Notes under the pieces: generated by a model | What the model was told of the DNA's origin: nothing | Database searches by the model: none | Seen by the model: only the letters and a program-made list of their open reading frames with translations | In this document: piece by piece, positions 46,201 through 61,200 of the stretch | Numbering within the stretch: the stretch's first letter is position 1 | Layout: every line of letters starts with the position of its first letter | Translations under genes and position numbers: made by a program | Source: Squalus acanthias | Taxonomy: Eukaryota | DNA length: 64,000 bases | Assembly: GCA_030390025.1 (NCBI GenBank) | Contig: CM059432.1 | Coordinates: 147,128,001-147,192,000, forward strand | Direction: 5' to 3'

Positions 46201-49200
46201 CATCAACACAGCACTCCATCAACACTGCACTCCATCAACACAGCACTCCATCAACACTGTGTCCATCAACACAGCACTCCATCAACACAGCACTCCATCA
46301 ACACAGCACTCCATCAACACAGCACTCCATCAACACTGCGTCCATCAATACTGTGTCCATCAACACTGCACTCCATCAACACTGTGTCCATCAACAATGC
46401 ACTCCATCAACACTGCAGTCCACCAACATTGCACTCCATCAACACAGCACTCCATCAACACTGTGTCCATCAACACAGCACTCCATCAACACAGCACTCC
46501 CTCAACACAGCACTCCATCAACACTGTGTCCATCAACACTGCACTCCATCAACACAGCACTCCATCAACACAGCACTCCATCAACACTGCACTCCAACAA
46601 CACTGTGTCCATCAACACAGCACTCCATCAACACTGCACTCCATCAACACTGCACTCCATCAACACAGCACTCCATCAACACAGCACTCCATCAACAATG
46701 TGTCCATCAACACTGCACTCCATCAACACTGCACTCCATCAAACTGCACTCCATCAACACTGCACTCCATCAACACAGCACTCCAGCAACACAGCGTCCA
46801 TCAACACTGCACTCCATCAACACAGCGTCCATCAACACATCACTCCATCAACACAGCGTCCATCAACACTGCACTCCATCAACACAGCGTCCATCAACAC
46901 TGTGTCCATCAACACTGCACTCCATCAACACAGCATCCATCAACAATGCACTCCATCAACACAGCGTCCATCAACACTGCACTCCATCAACACTGCACTC
47001 CATCAACACAGCACTCCATCAACACAGCACTCCATCAACACAGCACTCCATCAACACAGCGTCCATCAACACAGCACTCCATCAACACAGCACTCCATCA
47101 AGACAGCACTCCATCAACACAGCGTCCATCAACACAGCAGTCCATGAACACAGCGTCCATCAACCCAGCACTCCATCAACACAGCACTCCATCAACACTG
47201 CGTCCATCAAAACTGCGTCCATCAACACAGCGCTCCATCAACACTGCGTCCATCAACACTGCACTCCATCAACACAGCACTCCATCAACACTGCACTCCA
47301 TCAACACAGCACTCCATCAACACTGCACTCCATCAACACTGTCTCGATCAACACAGCACTCCCTCAACACTGCACTCCATCAACACTGCACTACATCAAC
47401 ACTGCACTCCATCAACACTGTCTCCATCAACACAGCACTCCATCAACACTGCACTCTATCAACACTGCACTCCATCAACACTGCACTTCATCAACACTGT
47501 GTCCATCAACACTGCACTCCATCAACACTGCACTCCATCAGCACAGCGTCCATCAACAAATCACTCCATCAACACAGCGTCCATCAACACTGCACTCCAT
47601 CAACACAGCGTCCATCAACACTGTGTCCATCAACACTGCACTCCATCAACACAGCGTCCATCAACAATGCACTCCATCAACACAGCGTCCATCAACACTG
47701 CACTCCATCAACACTGCACTCCATCAACACAGCACTCCATCAACACAGCACTCCATCAACGCAGCACTCCATCAACACAGCGTCCATCAACACAGCACTC
47801 CATCAACACAGCACTCCATCAAGACAGCACTCCATCAACACAGCGTCCATCAACACAGCACTCCATGAACACAGCGTCCATCAACACAGCACTCCATCAA
47901 CACAGCACTCCATCAACACTGCGTCCATCAACACTGCGTCCATCAACATAGCGCTCCATCAACACTGCGTCCATCAACACTGCACTCCATCAACACAGCA
48001 CTCCATCAACACTGCACTCCATCAACACAGCACTCCATCAACACTGCACTCCATCAACACTGTCTCGATCAACACAGCACTCCCTCAACACTGCACTCCA
48101 TCAACACTGCACTCCATCAACACTGCACTCCATCAACACTGTCTCCATCAACACAGCACTCCATTAACACTGCACTCTATCAACACTGCACTCCATCAAC
48201 ACTGCACTCCATCAACACTGCACTCCATCAACACTGCACTCCATCAACACTGCACTCCATCAACACTGTGTCCATCAACACTGCACTCCATCAACACTGC
48301 ACTCCATCAACACTGCACTCCATCAACACTGTCTCCATCAACACAGCACTCCATCAACACTGTCTCCATCAACACAGCACTCCATCAACACTGCACTCCA
48401 TCAACACTGCACTCCATCAACACTGCACTCCATCAACACCGCACACCATCAACACAGCACTCCATCAACACTGCACTCCATCAACACTGCACGCCATCAA
48501 CACTGCACTCCATCAACACTGCACTCCATCAACACAGCACTCCATCAACACTGCAATCCATCAACACAGCACTCCATCAACACAGCACTCCATCAACACT
48601 GCACTCCATCAACACAGCACTCCATCAACACTGCGTCCATCAACACAGCACTCCATTAGCACAACACTCCATCAACACTGCACTCCATCAACACTGTGTC
48701 CATCAACACTGCGTCCATCAACACTGCACTCCATCAACACTGCACTCCATCAACACAGCACTCCATCAACACTACACTCCATCAACACTGTGTCCATCAA
48801 CACAGCGTCCATCAACACTGCGTCCTTCAACACTGCACTCCATCAACACAGCACTCCATCAACACTGCACTCCATCAACACTGCACTCCATCAACACAGC
48901 ACTCCTTCAACACTGTGTCCATCAACACAGCACTCCATCAACACTGCACTCCATCAACACTGCACTCCATCAACACTGCACTCCATCAACACTGTGTCCA
49001 TCAACACTACACTCCATCAACACTGTGTCCATCAACACAGCGTCCATCAACACTGCGTCCATCAACACTGCACTCGATCAACACTGCACTCCATCAACAT
49101 AGCACTCCATCAACACAGCACTCCATCAACACAGCACTCCATCAACACAGCACTCCATCAACACAGCACTCCATCAACACTGTGTCCATCAACACAGCAC

Positions 49201-52200
49201 TCCCTCAACACAGCACTCCATCAACACAGCACTCCATCAACACTGTGTCCATCAACACAGCACTCCATCAACACAGCACTCCATCAACACAGCACTCCAT
49301 CAACACTGTGTCCATCAACACAGAACTCCATCAACACAGCACTCCATCAACACAGCACTCCATCAACACAGCACTCCATCGACACAGCACTCCATCAACA
49401 CAGCACTCCATCAACACTGAGTCCATCAACACAGCACTCCATCAACACAGCACTCCATCAACACTGCACTCCATCAACACTGCACTCCATCAACTCAGCA
49501 CTCCATCAACACTGCACTCCATCAACACTGAGTCCATTAACACTGCACCCCATCAACACAGCACTCCATCAACACTGCACTCCTTCAACACTGAGTCCAT
49601 CAACAATGCACCCCATCAACACTGTGTCCATCAACACTGCACTCCATCAACACTGTGTCCATCAACACTGCACTCCATCAACACTGCACTCCATCAACAC
49701 TGTGTCCATCAACACTGCACTCCATCAACACTGTGTCCATCAACCCTGCACTCCATCAACACTGCACTCCATCAACACTCTGTCCATCAACACTGCACTC
49801 CATCAACACTGTGTCCATCAACACTGCACTCCATCAACACTGCACTCCATCAACACTGTGTCCATCAACACTGCACTCTATCAACACTGCACTCCATCAA
49901 CACTGCACTCCATCAACTCAGCACTCCATCAACACTGCACTCCATCAACACTGAGTCCATTAACACTGCACCCCATCAACACAGCACTCCATCAACACAG
50001 CACTCCATCAACACTGCGTCCATCAATACTGTGTCCATCAACACTGCACTCCATCAACACTGCACTCCATCAACACTGTGTCCATCAACACTGCACTCTA
50101 TCAACACTGCACTCCATCAACACTGCACTCCATCAACACAGCACTCCATCAACACTGTGTCCATCAACACAGCACTCCATCAACACAGCACTCCATCAAC
50201 ACAGCACTCCATCAACACAGCACTCCATCAACACTGCGTCCATCAATACTGTGTCCATCAACACTGCACTCCATCAACACTGTGTCCATCAACAATGCAC
50301 TCCATCAACACTGCAGTCCATCAACATTGCACTCCATCAACACAGCACTCCATCAACACTGTGTCCATCAACACAGCACTCCATCAACACAGCAGTCCCT
50401 CAACACAGCACTCCATCAACACTGTGTCCATCAACACTGCACTCCATCAACACAGCACTCCATCAACACAGCACTCCATCAACACTGCACTCCAACAACA
50501 CTGTGTCCATCAACACAGCACTCCATCAACACTGCACTCCATCAACACTGCACTCCATCAACACAGCACTCCATCAACACAGCACTCCATCAACAATGTG
50601 TCCATCAACACTGCACTCCATCAACACTGCACTCCATCAAACTGCACTCCATCAACACTGCACTCCATCAACACAGCACTCCAGCAACACAGCGTCCATC
50701 AACACTGCACTCCATCAACACAGCGTCCATCAACACATCACTCCATCAACACAGCGTCCATCAACACTGCACTCCATCAACACAGCGTCCATCAACACTG
50801 TGTCCATCAACACTGCACTCCATCAACACAGCATCCATCAACAATGCACTCCATCAACACAGCGTCCATCAACACTGCACTCCATCAACACTGCACTCCA
50901 TCAACACAGCACTCCATCAACACAGCACTCCATCAACACAGCACTCCATCAACACAGCGTCCATCAACACAGCACTCCATCAACACAGCACTCCATCAAG
51001 ACAGCACTCCATCAACACAGCGTCCATCAACACAGCAGTCCATGAACACAGCGTCCATCAACCCAGCACTCCATCAACACAGCACTCCATCAACACTGCG
51101 TCCATCAAAACTGCGTCCATCAACACAGCGCACCATCAACACTGCGTCCATCAACACTGCACTCCATCAACACAGCACTCCATCAACACTGCACTCCATC
51201 AACACAGCACTCCATCAACACTGCACTCCATCAACACTGTCTCGATCAACACAGCACTCCCTCAACACTGCACTCCATCAACACTGCACTCCATCAACAC
51301 TGCACTCCATCAACACTGTCTCCATCAACACAGCACTCCATCAACACTGCACTCTATCAACACTGCATTCCATCAACACTGCACTCCATCAACACTGCAC
51401 TTCATCAACACTGTGTCCATCAACACTGCACTCCATCAACACTGCACTCCATCAACACCGCACACCATCAACACAGCACTCCATCAACACTGCACGCCAT
51501 CAACACTGCACTCCATCAACACTGCACTCCATCAACACAGCACTCCATCAACACTGCAATCCATCAACACAGCACTCCATCAACACAGCACTCCATCAAC
51601 ACTGCACTCCATCAACACAGCACTCCATCAACACTGCGTCCATCAACACAGCACTCCATTAGCACAACACTCCATCAACACTGCACTCCATCAACACTGT
51701 GTCCATCAACACTGCGTCCATCAACACTGCACTCCATCAACACTGCACTCCATCAACACTACACTCCATCAACACTGTGTCCATCAACACAGCGTCCATC
51801 AACACTGCGTCCTTCAACACTGCACTCCATCAACACAGCACTCCATCAACACTGCACTCCATCAACACTGCACTCCATCAACACAGCACTCCTTCAACAC
51901 TGTGTCCATCAACACTGTGTCCATCAACACAGCACTCCATCAACACTGCACTCCATCAACACTGCACTCCATCAACACTGTGTCCATCAACACTACACTC
52001 CATCAACACTGTGTCCATCAACACAGCGTCCATCAACACTGCGTCCATCAACACTGCACTCGATCAACACTGCACTCCATCAACATAGCACTCCATCAAC
52101 ACAGCACTCCATCAACACAGCACTCCATCAACACAGCACTCCATCAACACTGTGTCCATCAACACAGCACTCCCTCAACACAGCACTCCATCAACACAGC

Positions 52201-55200
52201 ACTCCATCAACACTGTGTCCATCAACACAGCACTCCATCAACACAGCACTCCATCAACACAGCACTCCATCAACACTGTGTCCATCAACACAGAACTCCA
52301 TCAACACAGCACTCCATCAACACAGCACTCCATCAACACAGCACTCCATCGACACAGCACTCCATCAACACAGCACTCCATCAACACTGCACTCCATCAA
52401 CACTGAGTCCATCAACACAGCACTCCATCAACACAGCACTCCATCAACACTGCACTCCATCAACACTGCACTCCATCAACTCAGCACTCCATCAACACTG
52501 CACTCCATCAACACTGAGTCCATTAACACTGCACCCCATCAACACAGCACTCCATCAACACTGCACTCCTTCAACACTGAGTCCATCAACAATGCACCCC
52601 ATCAACACTGTGTCCATCAACACTGCACTCCATCAACACTGTGTCCATCAACACTGCACTCCATCAACACTGCACTCCATCAACACTGTGTCCATCAACA
52701 CTGCACTCCATCAACACTGTGTCCATCAACCCTGCACTCCATCAACACTGCACTCCATCAACACTCTGTCCATCAACACTGCACTCCATCAACACTGTGT
52801 CCATCAACACTGCACTCCATCAACACTGCACTCCATCAACACTGTGTCCATCAACACTGCACTCTATCAACACTGCACTCCATCAACACTGCACTCCATC
52901 AACTCAGCACTCCATCAACACTGCACTCCATCAACACTGAGTCCATTAACACTGCACCCCATCAACACAGCACTCCATCAACACTGCACTCCTTCAACAC
53001 TGAGTCCATCAACAATGCACCCCATCAACACTGTGTCCATCAACACTGCACTCCATCAACACTGTGTCCATCAACACTGCACTCCATCAACACTGCACTC
53101 CATCAACACTGTGTCCATCAACACTGCACTCCATCAACACTGTGTCCATCAACCCTGCACTCCATCAACACTGCACTCCATCAACACTCTGTCCATCAAC
53201 ACAGCACTCCATCAACACTGTGTCCATCAACACAGCACTCCATCAACACAGCACTCCCTCAACACAGCACTCCATCAACACTGTGTCCATCAACACAGCA
53301 CTCCATCAACACAGCACTCCATCAACACTGCACTCCAACAACACTGTGTCCATCAACACAGCACTCCATCAACACTGCACTCCATCAACACTGCACTCCA
53401 TCAACACAGCACTCCATCAACAATGTGTCCATCAACAATGCACTCCATCAACACTGCACTCCATCAACACTGCACTCCATCAACACTGCACTCCATCAAC
53501 ACAGCACTCCATCAACACAGCGTCCATCAACACTGCACTCCATCAACACAGCGTCCATCAACACATCACTCCATCAACACAGCGTCCATCAACACTGCAC
53601 TCCATCAACACAGCGTCCATCAACACTGTGTCCATCAACACTGCACTCCATCAACACAGCATCCATCAACAATGCACTCCATCAACACAGCGTCCATCAA
53701 CACTGCACTCCATCAACACTGCACTCCATCAACACAGCACTCCATCAACACAGCACTCCATCAACGCAGCACTCCATCAACACAGCGTCCATCAACACAG
53801 CACTCCATCAACACAGCACTCCATCAAGACAGCACTCCATCAACACAGCGTCCATCAACACAGCACTCCATGAACACAGCGTCCATCAACCCAGCACTCC
53901 ATCAACACAGCACTCCATCAACACTGCGTCCATCAACACTGCGTCCATCAACACAGCGCTCCATCAACACTGCGTCCATCAACACTGCACTCCATCAACA
54001 CAGCACTCCATCAACACTGCACTCCATCAACACAGCACTCCATCAACACTGCACTCCATCAACACTGTCTCGATCAACACAGCACTCCCTCAACACTGCA
54101 CTCCATCAACACTGCACTCCATCAACACTGCACTCCATCAACACTGTCTCCATCAACACAGCACTCCATCAACACTGCACTCCATCAACACTGCACTCCA
54201 TCAACACTGCACTTCATCAACACTGTGTCCATCAACACTGCACTCCATCAACATTGCACTCCATCAACACAGCGTCCATCAACACATCACTCCATCAACA
54301 CAGCGTCCATCAACACTGCACTCCATCAACACAGCGTCCATCAACACTGTGTCCATCAACACTGCACTCCATCAACACAGCGTCCATCAACAATGCACTC
54401 CATCAACACAGCACTCCATCAAGACAGCACTCCATCAACACAGCGTCCATCAACACAGCACTCCATCAACACAGCGTCCATCAACACAGCACTCCATCAA
54501 CACAGCACTCCATCAACACTGCGTCCATCAACACTGCGTCCATCAACACAGCGCTCCATCAACACTGCGTCCATCAACACTGCACTCCATCAACACAGCA
54601 CTCCATCAACACTGCACTCCATCAACACAGCACTCCATCAACACTGCACTCCATCAACACTGTCTCGATCAACACAGCACTCCCTCAACACTGCACTCCA
54701 TCAACACTGCACTCCATCAACACTGCACTCCATCAACACTGTCTCCATCAACACAGCACTCCATTAACACTGCACTCTATCAACACTGCACTCCATCAAC
54801 ACTGCACTCCATCAACACTGCACTCCATCAACACTGCACTCCATCAACACTGCACTCCATCAACACTGTGTCCATCAACACTGCACTCCATCAACACTGC
54901 ACTCCATCAACACTGCACTCCATCAACACTGTCTCCATCAACACAGCACTCCATCAACACTATCTCCATCAACACAGCACTCCATCAACACTGCACTCCA
55001 TCAACACTGCACTCCATCAACACTGCACTCCATCAACACCGCACACCATCAACACAGCACTCCATCAACACTGCACTCCATCAACACTGCACGCCATCAA
55101 CACTGCACTCCATCAACACTGCACTCCATCAACACAGCACTCCATCAACACTGCAATCCATCAACACAGCACTCCATCAACACAGCACTCCATCAACACT

Positions 55201-58200
55201 GCACTCCATCAACACAGCACTCCATCAACACTGCGTCCATCAACACAGCACTCCATTAGCACAGCACTCCATCAACACTGCACTCCATCAACACTGTGTC
55301 CATCAACACTGCGTCCATCAACACTGCACTCCATCAACACTGCACTCCATCAACACAGCACTCCATCAACACTACACTCCATCAACACTGTGTCCATCAA
55401 CACAGCGTCCATCAACACTGCATCCTTCAACACTGCACTCCATCAACACAGCACTCCATCAACACTGCACTCCATCAACACTGCACTCCATCAACACAGC
55501 ACTCCTTCAACACTGTGTCCATCAACACTGTGTCCATCAACACAGCACTCCATCAACACTGCACTCCATCAACACTGCACTCCATCAACACTGTGTCCAT
55601 CAACACTACACTCCATCAACACTGTGTCCATCAACACAGCGTCCATCAACACTGCGTCCATCAACACTGCACTCCATCAACACTGCACTCCATCAACATA
55701 GCATTCCATCAACACAGCACTCCATCAACACTGCACTCCATCAACACAGCACTCCATCAACACAGCACTCCATCAACACAGCACTCCATCAACACTGTGT
55801 CCATCAACACAGCACTCCCTCAACACAGCACTCCATCAACACAGCACTCCATCAACACAGCACTCCATCAACACTGTGTCCATCAACACAGAACTCCATC
55901 AACACAGCACTCCATCAACACAGCACTCCATCAACACTGTGTCCATCAACACAGCACTCCATCAACACAGCACTCCATCAACACAGCACTCCATCAACAC
56001 AGCACTCCATCGACACAGCACTCCATCAACACTGCACTCCATCAACACTGAGTCCATCAACACAGCACTCCATCAACACAGCACTCCATCAACACTGCAC
56101 TCCATCAACACTGCACTCCATCAACTCAGCACTCCATCAACACTGCACTCCATCAACACTGCACTCCTTCAACACTGTGTCCATCAACACAGCACTCCAT
56201 CAACAATGCACCCCATCAACACTGTGTCCATCAACACTGCACTCCATCAACACTGTGTCCATCAACACTGCACTCCATCAACACTGCACTCCATCAACAC
56301 TGTGTCCATCAACACTGCACTCCATCAACACTGTGTCCATCAACCCTGCACTCCATCAACACTGCACTCCATCAACACTCTGTCCATCAACACTGCACTC
56401 CATCAACACTGTGTCCATCAACACTGCACTCCATCAACACTGTGTCCATCAACACTGCACTCCATCAACACTGCACTCCATCAACACTGTGTCCATCAAC
56501 ACTGCACTCCAACAACACAGCACTCCATCAACACTGTGTCCATCAGCACTGCACTCCATCAACACAGCACTCCATCAACACAGTGTCCATCAACACTGCA
56601 CTCCATCAACACTGCACTCCATCAACACTGCACTCCATCAACACAGCACTCCGTCAACACAGCACTCCATCAACACTGTGTCCATCAAGACAGCACTCCC
56701 TCAACACAGCACTCCATCAACACAGCACTCCATCAACACAGCACTCCATCAACACTGTGTCCATCAACACAGCACTCCATCAACACAGCACTCCATCAAC
56801 ACAGTACTCCATCAACACTGTGTCCATCAACACAGCACTCCATCAACACAGCACTCCATCAACACTGCACTCCGTCAACACTGCACTCCATCAACTCAGC
56901 ACTCCATCAACACTGCACTCCATCAACACTGAGTCCATTAACACTGCACCCCATCAACACAGCACTCCATCAACACTGCACTCCTTCAACACTGAGTCCA
57001 TCAACACTGCACCCCATCAACACTGTGTCCATCAACACTGCACTCCATCAACACTGTGTCCATCAACACTGCACTCCATCAACACTGCACTCCATCAACA
57101 CTGTGTCCATCAACACTGCACTCCATCAACACTGTGTCCATCAACACTGCACTCCATCAACACTGCACTCCATCAACACTCTGTCCATCAACACTGCACT
57201 CCATCAACACTGTGTCCATCAACACTGCACTCCATCAACACTGTGTCCATCAACACTGCACTCCATCAACACTGCACTCCATCAATACTGCACTCCATCA
57301 ACACTGTGTCCATCAACACTGCACTCCAACAACACAGCACTCCATCAACACTGTGTCCATCAACACTACACTCCATCAACACTGCACTCCATCAACACTG
57401 CACTCCATCAACACTGTGTCCATCAGCACTGCACTCCATCAACACAGCACTCCATCAACACAGTGTCCATCAACACTGTGTCCATCAACACTGCACTCCA
57501 TCAACACAGCACTCCATCAACACTGCACTCCATCAACACTGCACACCATCAACACTGCACTCCATCAACACTGCACTCCATCAACACAGCACTCCATCAA
57601 CACAGCACTCCATCAACACTGCGTCCATCAACACTGCACTCCATCAACACTGTGTCCATCAACACTGCACTCCATCAACATTGCGTCCATCAACACTGCA
57701 CTCCATCTACACTGTGTCCATCAACACAGCACTCCATCAACACTGCACTCCATCAACACTGCGTCCATCAACACAGCACTCCATCAACACTGTGTCCATC
57801 AACACAGCGTCCATCAACACTGCACTCCATCAACACTGCACTCCATCAACACTGCACTCCATCAACACAGCACTCCATCAACACTGCACTCCATCAACAC
57901 TGCACTCCATCAACACAGCACTCCATCAACACTGCGTCCATCAACACTGTGTCCATCAACACAGCACACCATCAACACAGCACTCCATCAACACAGCACT
58001 CCATCAACACAGCACTCCATCAACACTGCACTCCATCAACTCTGCACTCCATCAGCACTGCACTCCATCAACACTGCACTCCATCAACACTGCGTCCATC
58101 AACACTGTGTCCATCAACACTGTGTCCATCAACACTGCACTCCATTAACACAGCACTCCAACAACACTGCACTCCATCAACACTGTGTCCATCAACACTG

Positions 58201-61200
58201 CACTCCATCAACACTGCGTCCATCAACACTGCACTCCATCAACACTGTGTCCATCAACACTGTGTCCATCAACACTGCACTCCATCAACACAGCACTCCA
58301 TCAACACTGCACTCCATCAACACTGCACTCCATCAACACTGTGTCCATCAACACTGCACTCCATCAACACTGCACTCCATCAACACTGCACTCCATCAAC
58401 ACTGCATCCATCAACACAGCACTCCATCAACACTGTGTCCATCAACACTGCATCCATCAACACTGCACTCCATCAACACTGCATCCATCAACACAGCAAC
58501 CCATCAACACTGCGTCCATCAACACAGCACTCCATCAACACAGCACTCCATCAACACAGCACTCCATCAACACTGTGTCCATCAACACGGTGGCATAGTG
58601 GTTAGCACTTTTGCCTCACAGCGCCAGGGACCTGGGTTCGAATCTGGCCTCGGGTGACTGTCTGTGTGGAGTTTGCACATTCTCCCCGTGTCTGCGTGGG
58701 TTTCCTCCGGGTGCTCCGGTTTCCTCCCACAGTCCAAAAATGTGCGGGTTGATTGATTTGGCTATGATAAATTGACACTTAGTGTTAGGGGGGGATTAAA
58801 TATGTGGGGTTACGGGGATAGGATGGGATATGTTAGGGGGAATTAAATACGTGGGGTTACGGGGATAGGGTGGGATATGTGTCGGTGCAGGCTCGATGGG
58901 GATTCTGTGTGAGAAAGCAGGGACAGGGTACTGGATTTGGATGATCAGCCATGATCGTATTGAATGGTGGAGCAGGCTCGACGGGCCGAATGGCCTACTC
59001 CTGCTCCTAGTTTCTATGTTTCCATGTTTCTAACACTGCACTCCATCAACACTGTGTCCATCAACACTGCACTCCATCAACACTGCACTCCATCAACACT
59101 GTGTCCATCAACACTGTGTCCATCAACACTAAACTCCATCAACACAGCACTCCATCAACACTGCACTCCATCAACACAGCACTCCATCAACACTGTGTCC
59201 ATCAACACGACACTCCATCAACAATGCACTCCATCAACACTGCGTCCATCAACACTGCATCCATCAACGCAGCACTCCATCAACACAGCACTCCATCAAC
59301 ACTGCACTCCATCAACACAGCACTCCATCAACACTGCATCCATCAACACAGCACTCCATCAACACTGCACTCCATCAACACTGCATCCATCAACACAGCA
59401 ATCCATCAACACTGCACTCCATCAACTCAGCATCCATCAACAATGCACTCCATCAACACAGCACTCCATCAACACTGCACTCCATCAACACTGCACTCCC
59501 TCAACACAGCACTCCATCAACACTGCACTCCATCAACACTGCACTCCATCAACACTGCACTCCATCAACACAGCACTCCATCAACACTGCACTCCATCAA
59601 CGCTGTGTCCATCAACACTGCACTCCATCAACACAGCACTCCATCAACACAGCACTCCATCAACACTGCACTCCATCAACACTGCACTCCATCAACACTG
59701 CGTCCATCAACACAGCACTCCATCAACACAGCACTCCATCAACACTGCACTCCATCAACAATGCACTCCATCAACACTGCGTCCATCAACACAGCACTCC
59801 ATCAACACAGCACTCCATCAACACAGCACTCCATCAACACAGCACTCCATCAACACTGCACTCCATCAAAACTGCACTCCATCAACACTGCGTCCATCAA
59901 CACTGCACTCCATCAACACTGTGTCCATCAACACTGCACTCCATCAACACTGCACTCCATCAACACTGTGTCCATCAACACTGCACTCCAACAACACAGC
60001 ACTCCATCAACACTGTGTCCATCAACACTGCACTCCATCAACACAGCACTCCATCAACACTGCACTCCATCAAAACTGCACTCCATCAACACTGCGTCCA
60101 TCAACACTGCACTCATCAACACTGTGTCCATCAACACTGCACTCCATCAACACTGCACTCCATCAACACTGTGTCCATCAACACTGCACTCCAACAACAC
60201 AGCACTCCATCAACACTGTGTCCATCAACACTGCACTCCATCAACACTGCACTCCATCAACACTGCACTCCATCAACACTGTGTCCATCAGCACTGCACT
60301 CCATCAACACTGCACTCCATCAACACTGTGTCCATCAACACTGCACTCCATCAACACAGCACTCCATCAACACAACACTCCATCAACACTGTGTCCATCA
60401 ACACTGCACTCCATCAACACTGCACTCCATCAACACTGCGTCCATCAACACTGCACTCCATCAACACTGCACTCCATCAACACAGCACTCCATCAACACT
60501 GCACTCCATCAACACAGCACTCCATCAACACTGCACTCCATCAACACTGCGTCCATCAACACTGCACTCCATCAACACTGCACTCCCTCAACACAGCACT
60601 CCATCAACACTGCACTCCATCAACACTGCACTCCATCAACACTGCACTCCATCAACACTACACTCCATCAACACTGCACTCCATCAACACTGTGTCCATC
60701 AACACTGCACTCCATCAACACTACACTCCATCAACACAGCACTCCATCAACACTGCACTCCATCAACACTGTGTCCATCAACACTGCACTCCATCAACAC
60801 AGCACTCCATCAACACAGCACTCCATCAACACTGCACTCCATCAACACTGCACTCCATCAACACTGCGTCCATCAACACAGCACTCCATCAACACTGCAC
60901 TCCATCAACACTGCACTCCATCAACACTGCGTCCATCAACACAGCACTCCATCAACACAACACTCCATCAACACAGCACTCCATCAACAGAGCACTCCAT
61001 CAACACTGCACTCCATCAAAACTGCACTCCATCAACACTGCGTCCATCAACACTGCACTCCATCAACACTGTGTCCATCAACACTGCACTCCATCAACAC
61101 TGCACTCCATCAACACTGTGTCCATCAACACTGCACTCCAACAACACAGCACTCCATCAACACTGTGTCCATCAACACTGCACTCCATCAACACTGCACT

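Noticed and set aside
58586..58660. tRNA gene (also 13050-13125 and 3055-3130)
   Set aside because: A and B boxes are followed by SINE bodies, and I could not build a full cloverleaf.
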